From a virus: a stretch of 64,000 nucleotides of DNA. The notes under the pieces were generated by a model that saw only the letters and a program-made list of their open reading frames with translations, was not told the origin of the DNA and did no database searches. The first letter of the stretch is position 1; each line of letters begins with the position of its first letter. The translations under genes and the position numbers were made by a program. Below are positions 19,779 to 28,347 of the stretch, piece by piece. The DNA is taken from IMG/VR virus record IMGVR_UViG_3300030060_004838, positions 1 to 64,000 of that record; one strand, 5' to 3'.

Positions 19779-19929
19779 CTTTTATTTCCTGTAACAAAAC
19801 ATTTTTTAGTTTTTAGTTCTTCCTTATCTATTTCTTTAGATTTAGAATCAAACCATTCGTCAAGTAAAACACACCTTGTCATTCCCTTCCCTCTATTTAT
19901 TTAAAATTTGAACTTCTTTATAATAATTA

Positions 19930-20694
19930 CTACCCAAGCAAGACCATTAGATTATTACCCATTGGCATTAATTGGTCTGCTATCATATTTAATTTTCTTT
20001 GAAATACTCTTTCATTAGTAGATAATAACATTGTACTTCTTCTCATTCCTGCGGGTATAAAATCTGTAAATTTAAAACTAACAATAAAAGCACCACTACC
20101 GTCATCATTTACTGGTCCAATATTAACATACATATCATTAGCATATTCACTTTTCCAAAAATTATCTATTATACCATAATATTCATTCTTAGTACCAAAC
20201 CTTTTTACTATTTCTCCCTCTCTTCCTTTTAATGTAGATTTTATCCACTCTAATACTTGACAAGCAATATCTTCATCTTTAAAAGGTATAAACTGAGCAA
20301 ACATTTCTACACCAATTTTTCCATCTAATCTATCGGGTCTATTCTTCGGTACTAATTCTATTTTAAAACCATAATAATACCCATTACCTTCATATCTTAT
20401 GTTATAATCTAAATCCGAATCTCCTTCTACACCATCAAATGCTCTTGACCTAACTATAAGTTCGTCTTGTTCACCGTCATCTCTATGACTTATTATAGTA
20501 CCTGACATAGAATTTAAAGCATCAAATATTTTTGATACATATGATTTCATTCTTGCTATTACTAATTTATGTTTTTCTAAAAGTTCAGCATTACAATCTC
20601 TTTCATCTTTTTCAGGTAATGGTTGTCTTTTGACCTTAGTAGATTGTCTACCTACCTGTATTTGGTCTTTTTTTAATTGTTCATTCCAAGTCAT
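19930..20694 (-). CDS. Tagged single PLPEK-module protein
   Basis: Likely start MTWNEQLKKDQIQVGRQSTKVKRQPLPEKDERDC. Confidence 0.7.
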   Translation of the reverse strand: MTWNEQLKKDQIQVGRQSTKVKRQPLPEKDERDCNAELLEKHKLVIARMKSYVSKIFDALNSMSGTIISHRDDGEQDELIVRSRAFDGVEGDSDLDYNIRYEGNGYYYGFKIELVPKNRPDRLDGKIGVEMFAQFIPFKDEDIACQVLEWIKSTLKGREGEIVKRFGTKNEYYGIIDNFWKSEYANDMYVNIGPVNDDGSGAFIVSFKFTDFIPAGMRRSTMLLSTNERVFQRKLNMIADQLMPMGNNLMVLLG

Positions 20695-21559
20695 GTAATT
20701 CCTCCAATAATTCAAACATTGGTTTATCTAAATTTGGCTCAACATCTATTTTATCCCTTCTTAATGATTCAGAAACTGTACTATATTCTGAGTCTTCTAA
20801 TCTTCCATTATCTACTAAGTTGTCAAGATGTGTTTCTCCTTTAGAAGTTATACTTGGGAAGCCCTCTTTTTTAAAAGTTAAATAACCTTTGCTAATTAAT
20901 CCTACTACTGTTTTTTCATTTTTAGACCACTCTCCAAAAAAGTGCCTCCAAGCATCAGATAGTTTCCAATTAGGATTTCTATTTCTTTTTGACTTTTTAA
21001 GTAATTTTAAACCAATATATTCTCTAAGTTTTACATTTCTAAATGTTTCATAACCATAATATATCCCTAACGGACTATTTCTATTAATAGTAATATAAAT
21101 CCAATTACCATCATAGGTATGAACAAAGTGAACTAATACTTCATGTCTTCCTAAATCAACACTAAATTGACCTGCTGCTAATTTCATTTCATCTCCTTGT
21201 GGTTTCAAAGCCCAACGGTCTGTTAAACCCCAAAATCTAACTAAACCTAATTTGTATAAGTGTCTTTGTACATTTAATTTATTAGCAATAGGGACAGGGT
21301 TCATTCTTTTTAAATCAAAAACACCAATAAAATTTATACTGTAATCACTACTTTGTCTAACTGTTGGGGAATTGTCTAATGATACCATTATAGTATCATA
21401 CTTCCATGTTTTAGAATAAGTGGTTGTTTGTCCACTTTCATCTTTATAATTATTAATTGCTATGGCTTTATCTTTTATATATTTTTTTAATTTATCAGGT
21501 AGTACAGAAAGTGCCACATAAAAATAGCCACCTGAACCTCTCGGTGTTAATTTTTTCAT
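20681..21559 (-). CDS. Hypothetical protein
   Basis: 292-aa ORF, no recognisable motif. Confidence 0.6.
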   Translation of the reverse strand: MKKLTPRGSGGYFYVALSVLPDKLKKYIKDKAIAINNYKDESGQTTTYSKTWKYDTIMVSLDNSPTVRQSSDYSINFIGVFDLKRMNPVPIANKLNVQRHLYKLGLVRFWGLTDRWALKPQGDEMKLAAGQFSVDLGRHEVLVHFVHTYDGNWIYITINRNSPLGIYYGYETFRNVKLREYIGLKLLKKSKRNRNPNWKLSDAWRHFFGEWSKNEKTVVGLISKGYLTFKKEGFPSITSKGETHLDNLVDNGRLEDSEYSTVSESLRRDKIDVEPNLDKPMFELLEELHDLE

Positions 21560-23172
21560 TCTACCCTCTCCAAATTTTCAGCAGGTATTCCACCTTCACG
21601 AACAAATGTAATTGCATTAATTCTAATATCTTTATGAAGGACAGGTTCTTTTAGGTTTTTAGTTCTAACTCCTACAACACCTACATTAGATTCTGGTATG
21701 CCTAATTCCTTTGCCCTTCTTTTAGCAAATTCTAATGCTTCTTCTTTACTTTCAGTTGTATAAGTTATTCTTTCAACATTTCTCAATTCTTTAGGTATGT
21801 GTTTATTACTTCTTGTGCGAGTATAACCTCCTGTAATACCTTCTCTTAATATTCCTTCAATATCTAATGTTCCATGATATTCTGTGATTTCTCCTAATGG
21901 ATTAACTGACTTTTTTAGGTAACTATCTAAATCATCTTGTGAGCCTGCCCAATCTGATGCAATCCCAATAATTCTATCATACATTCCTTCTGTCGTTGAG
22001 TTAAGAATTGATATTATATCTTTTAAATCCGATTCATATTTTTCAGGCTTATATCCTTCTTGTAAATCTTCAAGTATTTTTTCTTTATCTACTACCATTT
22101 GAAAATCTTTAGCAACATGAGTTGTTAATTGTACATTAGATGCCGTAGGCCATTCACTAACTGATTGATTTATATCATACCCCATCTCAGATAAAACATC
22201 AAATGTATTAAATCTGTAATAATCCATATTAAACTCTACATCTTTTTCCCATGTTGTTTTAGACAAAATTGCCAATAAAGCACACGCATCTTTTTCAGAA
22301 ATATTATCAGGTGCGGCATATATATAATCAACCATAATAACATGTCTTTTATCTTCTGGTAATTTTAAATATGGGCACAAGAATGATTTATCATAATTTC
22401 TATGCATGTGTGATGAACCTGTAAAATTATAAGAAAAAGTTTGATTCGTAATTTTATTATCAGCATAATCAACAAAACCATATGCTTTACCAACATCAAC
22501 AAGATAATCAATTTGATTTTCTATCACATCTACTATTTTCCTATAAACTTGAATACATCTTGGTGGTGGTTCATCTTTAACAGGTTTTATTTCTTTTTCT
22601 TTTTCAGGTAGTGGTGTTGTTTTTATTCTTGAAGTTCCTCTTTGTGTAGGTTTTAATTCAGCCTTTTTAATATCATATCTATTAACCATCTTTTGCCAAA
22701 ATCTTATTGATTCTGGTTCAATACTACCCACTATCAAATCAAGTTCGTATGGATTTTCTTGTCTTTCTTCTATTTTTCTTGTAATTATTTTTAGGCTATG
22801 TTCACCTACTGCTAATGCTTGTTTAAATGGTACTTCAATGTTTAATATATTTTCATAAATTTGTTTAATTAATTCATCACCTTTTTCTTTTAACTCATTA
22901 ATTAATTCTTGTACTGCTATTTCTCCAAGCCCTTGTCCTCTAACATCTTCTCTTGTAGCAAAGGTATCTAATAACCAAAATAGTTTATCTGTTCCTTTAT
23001 TATAATCTAAAAATACTGTGGCTCTTACTTTTTTATCTTTAGATATAAATTTAATATTAAAATCATTTTCTGCAAATTTGACTAACCATTCAAAACCATA
23101 TTGGTATTCTCTATCTTCTTCAGGATATTCTTGCCCTACATATACAGGTGCTTTTAGAATATTCCTCCACAT
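21556..23172 (-). CDS. Tagged polyprotein: GNAT acetyltransferase + PLPEK module + ADP-ribosyltransferase-like domain
   Basis: MWRNILKA; GNAT REDVRGQGLG and IRFWQKM; C-terminal YHGT..GILREGI..YTT..ALEFA..GGIPAENL (Tpt1/KptA-type ART fold). Confidence 0.7.
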   Translation of the reverse strand: MWRNILKAPVYVGQEYPEEDREYQYGFEWLVKFAENDFNIKFISKDKKVRATVFLDYNKGTDKLFWLLDTFATREDVRGQGLGEIAVQELINELKEKGDELIKQIYENILNIEVPFKQALAVGEHSLKIITRKIEERQENPYELDLIVGSIEPESIRFWQKMVNRYDIKKAELKPTQRGTSRIKTTPLPEKEKEIKPVKDEPPPRCIQVYRKIVDVIENQIDYLVDVGKAYGFVDYADNKITNQTFSYNFTGSSHMHRNYDKSFLCPYLKLPEDKRHVIMVDYIYAAPDNISEKDACALLAILSKTTWEKDVEFNMDYYRFNTFDVLSEMGYDINQSVSEWPTASNVQLTTHVAKDFQMVVDKEKILEDLQEGYKPEKYESDLKDIISILNSTTEGMYDRIIGIASDWAGSQDDLDSYLKKSVNPLGEITEYHGTLDIEGILREGITGGYTRTRSNKHIPKELRNVERITYTTESKEEALEFAKRRAKELGIPESNVGVVGVRTKNLKEPVLHKDIRINAITFVREGGIPAENLERVE

Positions 23173-23176
23173 AACA

Positions 23177-23287
23177 TCATCTCTTTCTCGGATAGTTTGG
23201 TTTATTTGGTCTTTTCTTTTCCGACTTTTGGCTCGGTTCTCCTTTTTTTCTTTTTATTGGTTTTCGTATTTTATTTTTATTGGGCAA
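23177..23287 (-). CDS. 36-aa Lys/Arg-rich peptide
   Basis: TTG start after GGTGA; MPNKNKIRKPIKRKKG...; not in the ORF track. Confidence 0.45.
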   Translation of the reverse strand: MPNKNKIRKPIKRKKGEPSQKSEKKRPNKPNYPRKR

Positions 23288-23405
23288 TCGTATCACCATT
23301 CATCGCTTCAGGTTTGCCATGTTTAACCCAACATTCTTTACAAAACCCAAAAGGATAATTAGCATCTGTATTATAACAACGACCACAATAAACAAATTCT
23401 TTCAT
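23277..23405 (-). CDS. 42-aa zinc-finger peptide
   Basis: MKEFVYCGRC...FCKECW; not in the ORF track; ATGA overlap with the upstream gene. Confidence 0.6.
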   Translation of the reverse strand: MKEFVYCGRCYNTDANYPFGFCKECWVKHGKPEAMNGDTIAQ

Positions 23406-23893
23406 TTTCTACGCTTCCTTTTCTCTTTAGTCTTTCTCTTTTGTGCGTTGATGAAAGTCCTATAAATACCTGCCGCAGATTTTTTACCCATTTCTCTTGC
23501 CCTTTGTTCCATAGCAATAGCCGCTTGAGTTTTATGTGCATGAGTTCTACTACTTCTTTTTATTTTTGCTACTGAGCGTTTTGCATCTTTTACAGTTTTA
23601 AATCCTAAACCATGTATTGTTCCTTTTGGATTTTCATCTGTATATAAATCTGAATGTTTTTTAGAATTAGCGGGTTGCCCTTTCTTTCTTGGAATTCTTT
23701 TTGCTTTAAGAATATCTTTCCATGTAATAACATCTTCAGATTTTTTATAACCTGAAGCATATGCAGCAGCCGCTTGGCGTTCAGCATCTTTACGATTTTT
23801 ATAGACTTTACCACGCTTACCCCATTTATAGCCGCCTTTCACTTTTCTTATTGGTATATCAACCCCTCCTTTTGAACCAACCATGAAGGCCAT
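23402..23893 (-). CDS. Basic two-module protein with internal TWKDILKA tag
   Basis: PIRKVKGGYKWG..YASGY module, then RIPRKKGQ..HSDLYTDENPKGTI module; true start uncertain. Confidence 0.65.
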   Translation of the reverse strand: MAFMVGSKGGVDIPIRKVKGGYKWGKRGKVYKNRKDAERQAAAAYASGYKKSEDVITWKDILKAKRIPRKKGQPANSKKHSDLYTDENPKGTIHGLGFKTVKDAKRSVAKIKRSSRTHAHKTQAAIAMEQRAREMGKKSAAGIYRTFINAQKRKTKEKRKRRK

Positions 23894-24872
23894 ACTTTTC
23901 TTCTAAACTAAAAGTTCCTTTTCTTCTTTTCTTTTTCTTTCCTCTTTTACCTGCTCGTCTTTTGTAAGTTTTACAGGCTGAACAAGTAGGTCTGCATCTT
24001 CTCTTTCTTCCTTTAGATGCATCTTTTCTTCCACAAGGTTTCGGACCACCTTTATCATTACAAGTTCCGCAAGCAATCCAACCTTTGAATATTTTTTCTT
24101 CCCATGACTTTTTAATATCGCTATCTAAATAAGCATCAGCAATCATTATTCCTATTTCTTCACCTGCTTCTATATCACTTGGATAATGACTTCCCATAAT
24201 TACTCTTGATAATGCTATACCTTCAGCCATATTAAATAATTCATCTTCTTTTTCAGGGTGTTCTTCAGCAAGCATTTTTGCTAAAGCATATGCTTCAATT
24301 GCATGACCACTCGGAAATGCTGGTGTATCATCAGTATCTGTTACAGATTTAATTTTATCTGAAATTTCATAAGGTCTTGGTCTTTTGTATTTCATTTTTA
24401 ATTGCATTGTATAAATATCTACATCTTTAATGAATTGCTCATAATCAATTAAATTAGCCCCTACTATATCTAACATCATTTCATTATTATTTTGGTCTAA
24501 ATCATCTTGAATATCTTTGTCCATTTCATACTTTTCCATTATGTTAAGGACTTCAGATATTTCACTTTCGTTAGAAGGAAAATCTAATTCAGGAAATTTT
24601 ACCTCAAAGGAGGGTTTGCTATTTAGTAATTTTTTTTTACTGTCTGAAAGTTCTTTCATCCATTTAGATTCTGCCTTTTTAACAGAATTACCCCAATTTT
24701 TAGCACCTTTTTTTCTACATTGTACTAATGCGCCACTTGCATATGCCGAAGGCCATTTTTTATATCTTCTTCTAACTTTGTAATAACAGGCATCTTGTTT
24801 TTTACCTGATTTTTGCGTCTTACGCCTACGAAGTTTTTTCTTCTTCGCTTTCAAAGTTTCTTCCCAAGACAT
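23859..24872 (-). CDS. Tagged polyprotein with a central PAP2/haloperoxidase-family phosphatase domain
   Basis: K..KRPRP, FPSGH and SRVIMGSHYPSD PAP2 motifs, flanked by basic Cys-rich modules; junctions VKKA and IKKS. Confidence 0.75.
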   Translation of the reverse strand: MSWEETLKAKKKKLRRRKTQKSGKKQDACYYKVRRRYKKWPSAYASGALVQCRKKGAKNWGNSVKKAESKWMKELSDSKKKLLNSKPSFEVKFPELDFPSNESEISEVLNIMEKYEMDKDIQDDLDQNNNEMMLDIVGANLIDYEQFIKDVDIYTMQLKMKYKRPRPYEISDKIKSVTDTDDTPAFPSGHAIEAYALAKMLAEEHPEKEDELFNMAEGIALSRVIMGSHYPSDIEAGEEIGIMIADAYLDSDIKKSWEEKIFKGWIACGTCNDKGGPKPCGRKDASKGRKRRCRPTCSACKTYKRRAGKRGKKKKRRKGTFSLEEKYGLHGWFKRRG

Positions 24873-24876
24873 TAAA

Positions 24877-25197
24877 TCACCACAATTTTTTACACGCTAA
24901 ACATTTAGGGGTTGTAATTCTACCTTTACATTGGTCGCAATTATGTCTTGCTCTAAAATTTCTTCTTCTCTTTCTACTTCTATGAGTTCCGCCACCACGA
25001 TTCTTTCCTGAACGCTTGTAATTACCATACCCTTTAGCACCCGCATGAATCTTTTTACCTTCATGCGTTAGCATCATAATTTTTTTACCTGCTCTATCAG
25101 AAGGATAAACACGGCCTACTCTCATATCCTCTTTTTTCTTGGGCTTGCGCTTTTTTGTTTTGCGCTTTTTTCTTTTAAGAATATCCTCCCAACCCAA
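24877..25197 (-). CDS. Tagged, very basic protein (putative DNA-binding core protein)
   Basis: MGWEDILKR; KKIHAGAKGY..RRRNFRARH..C motif. Confidence 0.65.
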   Translation of the reverse strand: MGWEDILKRKKRKTKKRKPKKKEDMRVGRVYPSDRAGKKIMMLTHEGKKIHAGAKGYGNYKRSGKNRGGGTHRSRKRRRNFRARHNCDQCKGRITTPKCLACKKLW

Positions 25198-25199
25198 GT

Positions 25200-25451
25200 T
25201 TATTCCTCCTTTAAATAATAATCTCCATGTTCATGTTCAGCCAAATAATCTTTATGGTCTAAAGCATCACTAATAACATACTTCAAATATACTTCTTCAA
25301 AACCTTCCAATTTTTTTCCTGCTTCGATAAAGTTTTTCATTCCAGCGGCACCGCCTTCATCTTTTAAAACTTTTTTAATAAATTTTTCATAGACTTTATA
25401 TTTTTTATTTTCAACGGCCTTTAGTTTTGCCTTTAAAATTTCTTCCCACAT
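25200..25451 (-). CDS. Small WxxILK-tagged protein
   Basis: Likely start MWEEILKA. Confidence 0.7.
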   Translation of the reverse strand: MWEEILKAKLKAVENKKYKVYEKFIKKVLKDEGGAAGMKNFIEAGKKLEGFEEVYLKYVISDALDHKDYLAEHEHGDYYLKEE

Positions 25452-25456
25452 AGTAA

Positions 25457-25777
25457 TCACATATTATTAATTATATTATCATACATAGACATAATCTCTT
25501 TTGTAACTGTATTCCAATTTACATCATCAAGAGAATATCCATCACCTACAAATCTACGACTCCATTCAGCATCCATATTAACTAAGTTTCTTGCATTACC
25601 CCATGTTCTTTGGAATGAATCTCTAATTGTTTTATAATCAACAGGCATACCTAACCTTTTATTCATAAAAGACATAGTTTCTATATGATAAGGGATAGTA
25701 GTGGCTAAAGATTCTTTCATCATATCTAATAATACCTTAGTGGCATCGTCTTCTTTTCTAAGAATATTATTCCACAT
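25457..25777 (-). CDS. Small WxxILK-tagged protein
   Basis: Starts MWNNILRK. Confidence 0.7.
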   Translation of the reverse strand: MWNNILRKEDDATKVLLDMMKESLATTIPYHIETMSFMNKRLGMPVDYKTIRDSFQRTWGNARNLVNMDAEWSRRFVGDGYSLDDVNWNTVTKEIMSMYDNIINNM

Positions 25778-26534
25778 CTTCTTCCCTCGCTTCTAATTCG
25801 ATATTATACCAAATAATTTCGTCTATTACTATGTTATCATCATTTATTAAATAAACATATGCATCATAACTGCCATTAGTAAAACTACCTAAAGACATAT
25901 TTCTATATTCAGCATCTCCATTATAAACATCCCATACATCTATTGAATAGTTATAAGGTTCTTCGTATGTTCCATTAGCATCATATACTAAAAATTGTAC
26001 TTCTACCTGTTGTACTTCATCACAATTAACATCAACATCATATGTAAATTCTAAAGATGTATTTGCAATTTTATCTAAGTAATAATCATAGAATAAAGGT
26101 TCACATTCTTCATAAGGTTCACATGAACCATCATCTACATTTGCTTCAGGGTCATAGTTTTCAGCAGCATCATTTGTACAACCCCAAATCATTTCATCAT
26201 ATTCATTACCTTCATCATCTTCCCAAAACCATTCATCGTCATCTCCATTACCTGCGGGAGTAAGGTCAATAATACCTGATAATTCTAAACCACTTGTTGA
26301 TAGTAGAATGAGTATTGGTATTAGGGCGGTTAATAATTTATGAGTTTTATTTGCCATTTCTGTTGCCCTATCAATTGCTGAAGTATTTTCTTTAATAGCA
26401 TTAGAATTATTTAATTTACCATCGTCAAGTAAATCAGCAATAACATCTCCTTTTGAACGACCTGTTAATTTAGCAATCTCATCAGCATTTTCTAAGGAAG
26501 TCTGTATATCAGGGGTATCACTCATTTTTAACAC
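25767..26534 (-). CDS. Membrane-anchored acidic protein with a GCTN..A.NY...A..DDGSC motif
   Basis: One TM helix (LLTALIPILILLS), motif GCTNDAAENYDPEANVDDGSC, beta-rich C-terminus. Confidence 0.7.
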   Translation of the reverse strand: MLKMSDTPDIQTSLENADEIAKLTGRSKGDVIADLLDDGKLNNSNAIKENTSAIDRATEMANKTHKLLTALIPILILLSTSGLELSGIIDLTPAGNGDDDEWFWEDDEGNEYDEMIWGCTNDAAENYDPEANVDDGSCEPYEECEPLFYDYYLDKIANTSLEFTYDVDVNCDEVQQVEVQFLVYDANGTYEEPYNYSIDVWDVYNGDAEYRNMSLGSFTNGSYDAYVYLINDDNIVIDEIIWYNIELEAREEDVE

Positions 26535-27006
26535 TCCATAGATTTTTCCAAAGTTTATGTTGTTTATAATTTTCTTGTAAATATTGTAATATTTCTTTTT
26601 TACTTGGCGAGTTAAATTTCATACTTTCTGTAATATTATTATATATCATTTCAAATGGTGTATCTTTAGATACGAGATTATCAACCATTGTTTTCCAATT
26701 AGATTTTATGATACTTTTTTTAATTAATCTATATTCTTTAGTTGGTCTACTACTTCTACCCGTAGTAGTTTCTTTAGTAGTTTCTCTACCTTCAGCCCTA
26801 CCTTGTCTAACTAATTTATCTAATACCATTCTTAATTTTAAATTACTAAATATACCTGACATTTTACCTCCATGTCGGGTTTTTAGATTACCTAATACTT
26901 CATCAACAGAATAAAATCTTTCTTCATCTATCCCATATTTTTCAACATAATTTAATTTAGTTGGGGAAAGACCTTTGCCACCTTTTAATATATGTAGCCA
27001 ATTCAT
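26518..27006 (-). CDS. Tagged wHTH-like two-module protein
   Basis: MNWLHILKG; internal LIKKSIIKS junction. Confidence 0.65.
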   Translation of the reverse strand: MNWLHILKGGKGLSPTKLNYVEKYGIDEERFYSVDEVLGNLKTRHGGKMSGIFSNLKLRMVLDKLVRQGRAEGRETTKETTTGRSSRPTKEYRLIKKSIIKSNWKTMVDNLVSKDTPFEMIYNNITESMKFNSPSKKEILQYLQENYKQHKLWKNLWSVKNE

Positions 27007-27048
27007 AGTATTCCCTAAAAAGAAATAAAATAAAAAAACTATTTAAAT

Positions 27049-28347
27049 TTAACGAATACTATCAGGGAAAGTACTTGTGGGTGTATCTTCATAAACAACA
27101 CTTATATTTCCAAATTCTATTTTTATCCTATCAATGCATTGTGTTATTTTTTGCTTTAAATTTTCTTTAAATTCTGCCCATTTTTTATCATCAAACTTCA
27201 ATTTATAATCTTCTTTATAAGTTAAGTTATGTTTTCTCCAATCAAGATAATGATATGGATTATAAGATGCTGGATTCATACCCGTTCTATTCATAACTAT
27301 TTCTATTCCTAAATCATGACCTGTTTCTGAATGAACTTCAGTCATCAATACAAATTGTATAAGCATATCATTACTTCTCATTTTCCCCTGAATAGAAATT
27401 ATTTCCTCTACTGCATAGTGTAGGCCGGTTGTATAATTTTCTGAAAAGTATCTTATTTTTGCTGTTTCTATAAAATGACACCAATCAGAAACAGAAATGT
27501 TATTAAAATATTCAGTATTTCTCCACCATGCAACATAATTTACCTTTTTTCCTGTAATATATTTACTTAATTCCCCTAACTGTAACAACGCTGACCCTAT
27601 TCTAAATTTACAATCGTCATCCTCATCGTCTTTTTCAGGTAATGGAGTCTTTTTAGTTTTAACATTCTGTCTACCAATTTCTACTTGTGATTTTTTTATA
27701 AGTCCAGGAAAAATATTATCACAAGTTTCCCAAGCAAATGAAGGTAATCCATAATTTTTCATAGTTGGACTACCTATTGCTTTAGACCATTCTTTAAATG
27801 CCTTTACCCAACGATTATATGTTTCACACATAGACTTTATTGCTGGTCTTCCACCAACTTTAGGGTTATATCCATCCCATCTTTCATAAGGAATTGTCTC
27901 TCTCCCTACTTGTACATGTTTTGCCATATAGAAATAATGAACAGTTGCTTCAAAATGCGATATTCCCTGACCCCTATCACCAAATAAACCAAAAGAAAAA
28001 GACAATTGTACCCTTTCTTTACCATTATTTACCTTTCCTTCAACCCATACATATGTAGTAATATGGTCTACAAATGAATTTGCTATATGTTCATCTCCAT
28101 TTACAGTAACTTTCATAGTATCTTTAAATTCACACCAATATTCTTCTTTTGGCATATCAAATCTAACACTATCGAATTGAGGCATATACAAAGTAGCATT
28201 AGAATCCCAAGCCGTCTTTAAATTTAAAAAATCATTAATTAGTTTTTCCCAAAAAGGCCAACATTCTTCAGGCTCATCTTTTTCGGGTAAAGCCCTCCTT
28301 CTTGTTTTGACATTTTGCCTACTAACATTAATTAAATTCTTCTTCAT
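27049..28347 (-). CDS. Two-PLPEK-module polyprotein
   Basis: RQNVKTRRRALPEK..C and IKKSQVEIGRQNVKTKKTPLPEK..C. Confidence 0.75.
   Translation of the reverse strand: MKKNLINVSRQNVKTRRRALPEKDEPEECWPFWEKLINDFLNLKTAWDSNATLYMPQFDSVRFDMPKEEYWCEFKDTMKVTVNGDEHIANSFVDHITTYVWVEGKVNNGKERVQLSFSFGLFGDRGQGISHFEATVHYFYMAKHVQVGRETIPYERWDGYNPKVGGRPAIKSMCETYNRWVKAFKEWSKAIGSPTMKNYGLPSFAWETCDNIFPGLIKKSQVEIGRQNVKTKKTPLPEKDDEDDDCKFRIGSALLQLGELSKYITGKKVNYVAWWRNTEYFNNISVSDWCHFIETAKIRYFSENYTTGLHYAVEEIISIQGKMRSNDMLIQFVLMTEVHSETGHDLGIEIVMNRTGMNPASYNPYHYLDWRKHNLTYKEDYKLKFDDKKWAEFKENLKQKITQCIDRIKIEFGNISVVYEDTPTSTFPDSIR

Noticed and set aside
170-26914. Plus-strand ORFs in the left arm (e.g. 2624-3118, 11683-12093, 16645-17037), and likewise minus-strand ORFs in the right arm
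   Set aside because: Antisense shadows of long real genes, rich in F/L/S/I, with no RBS
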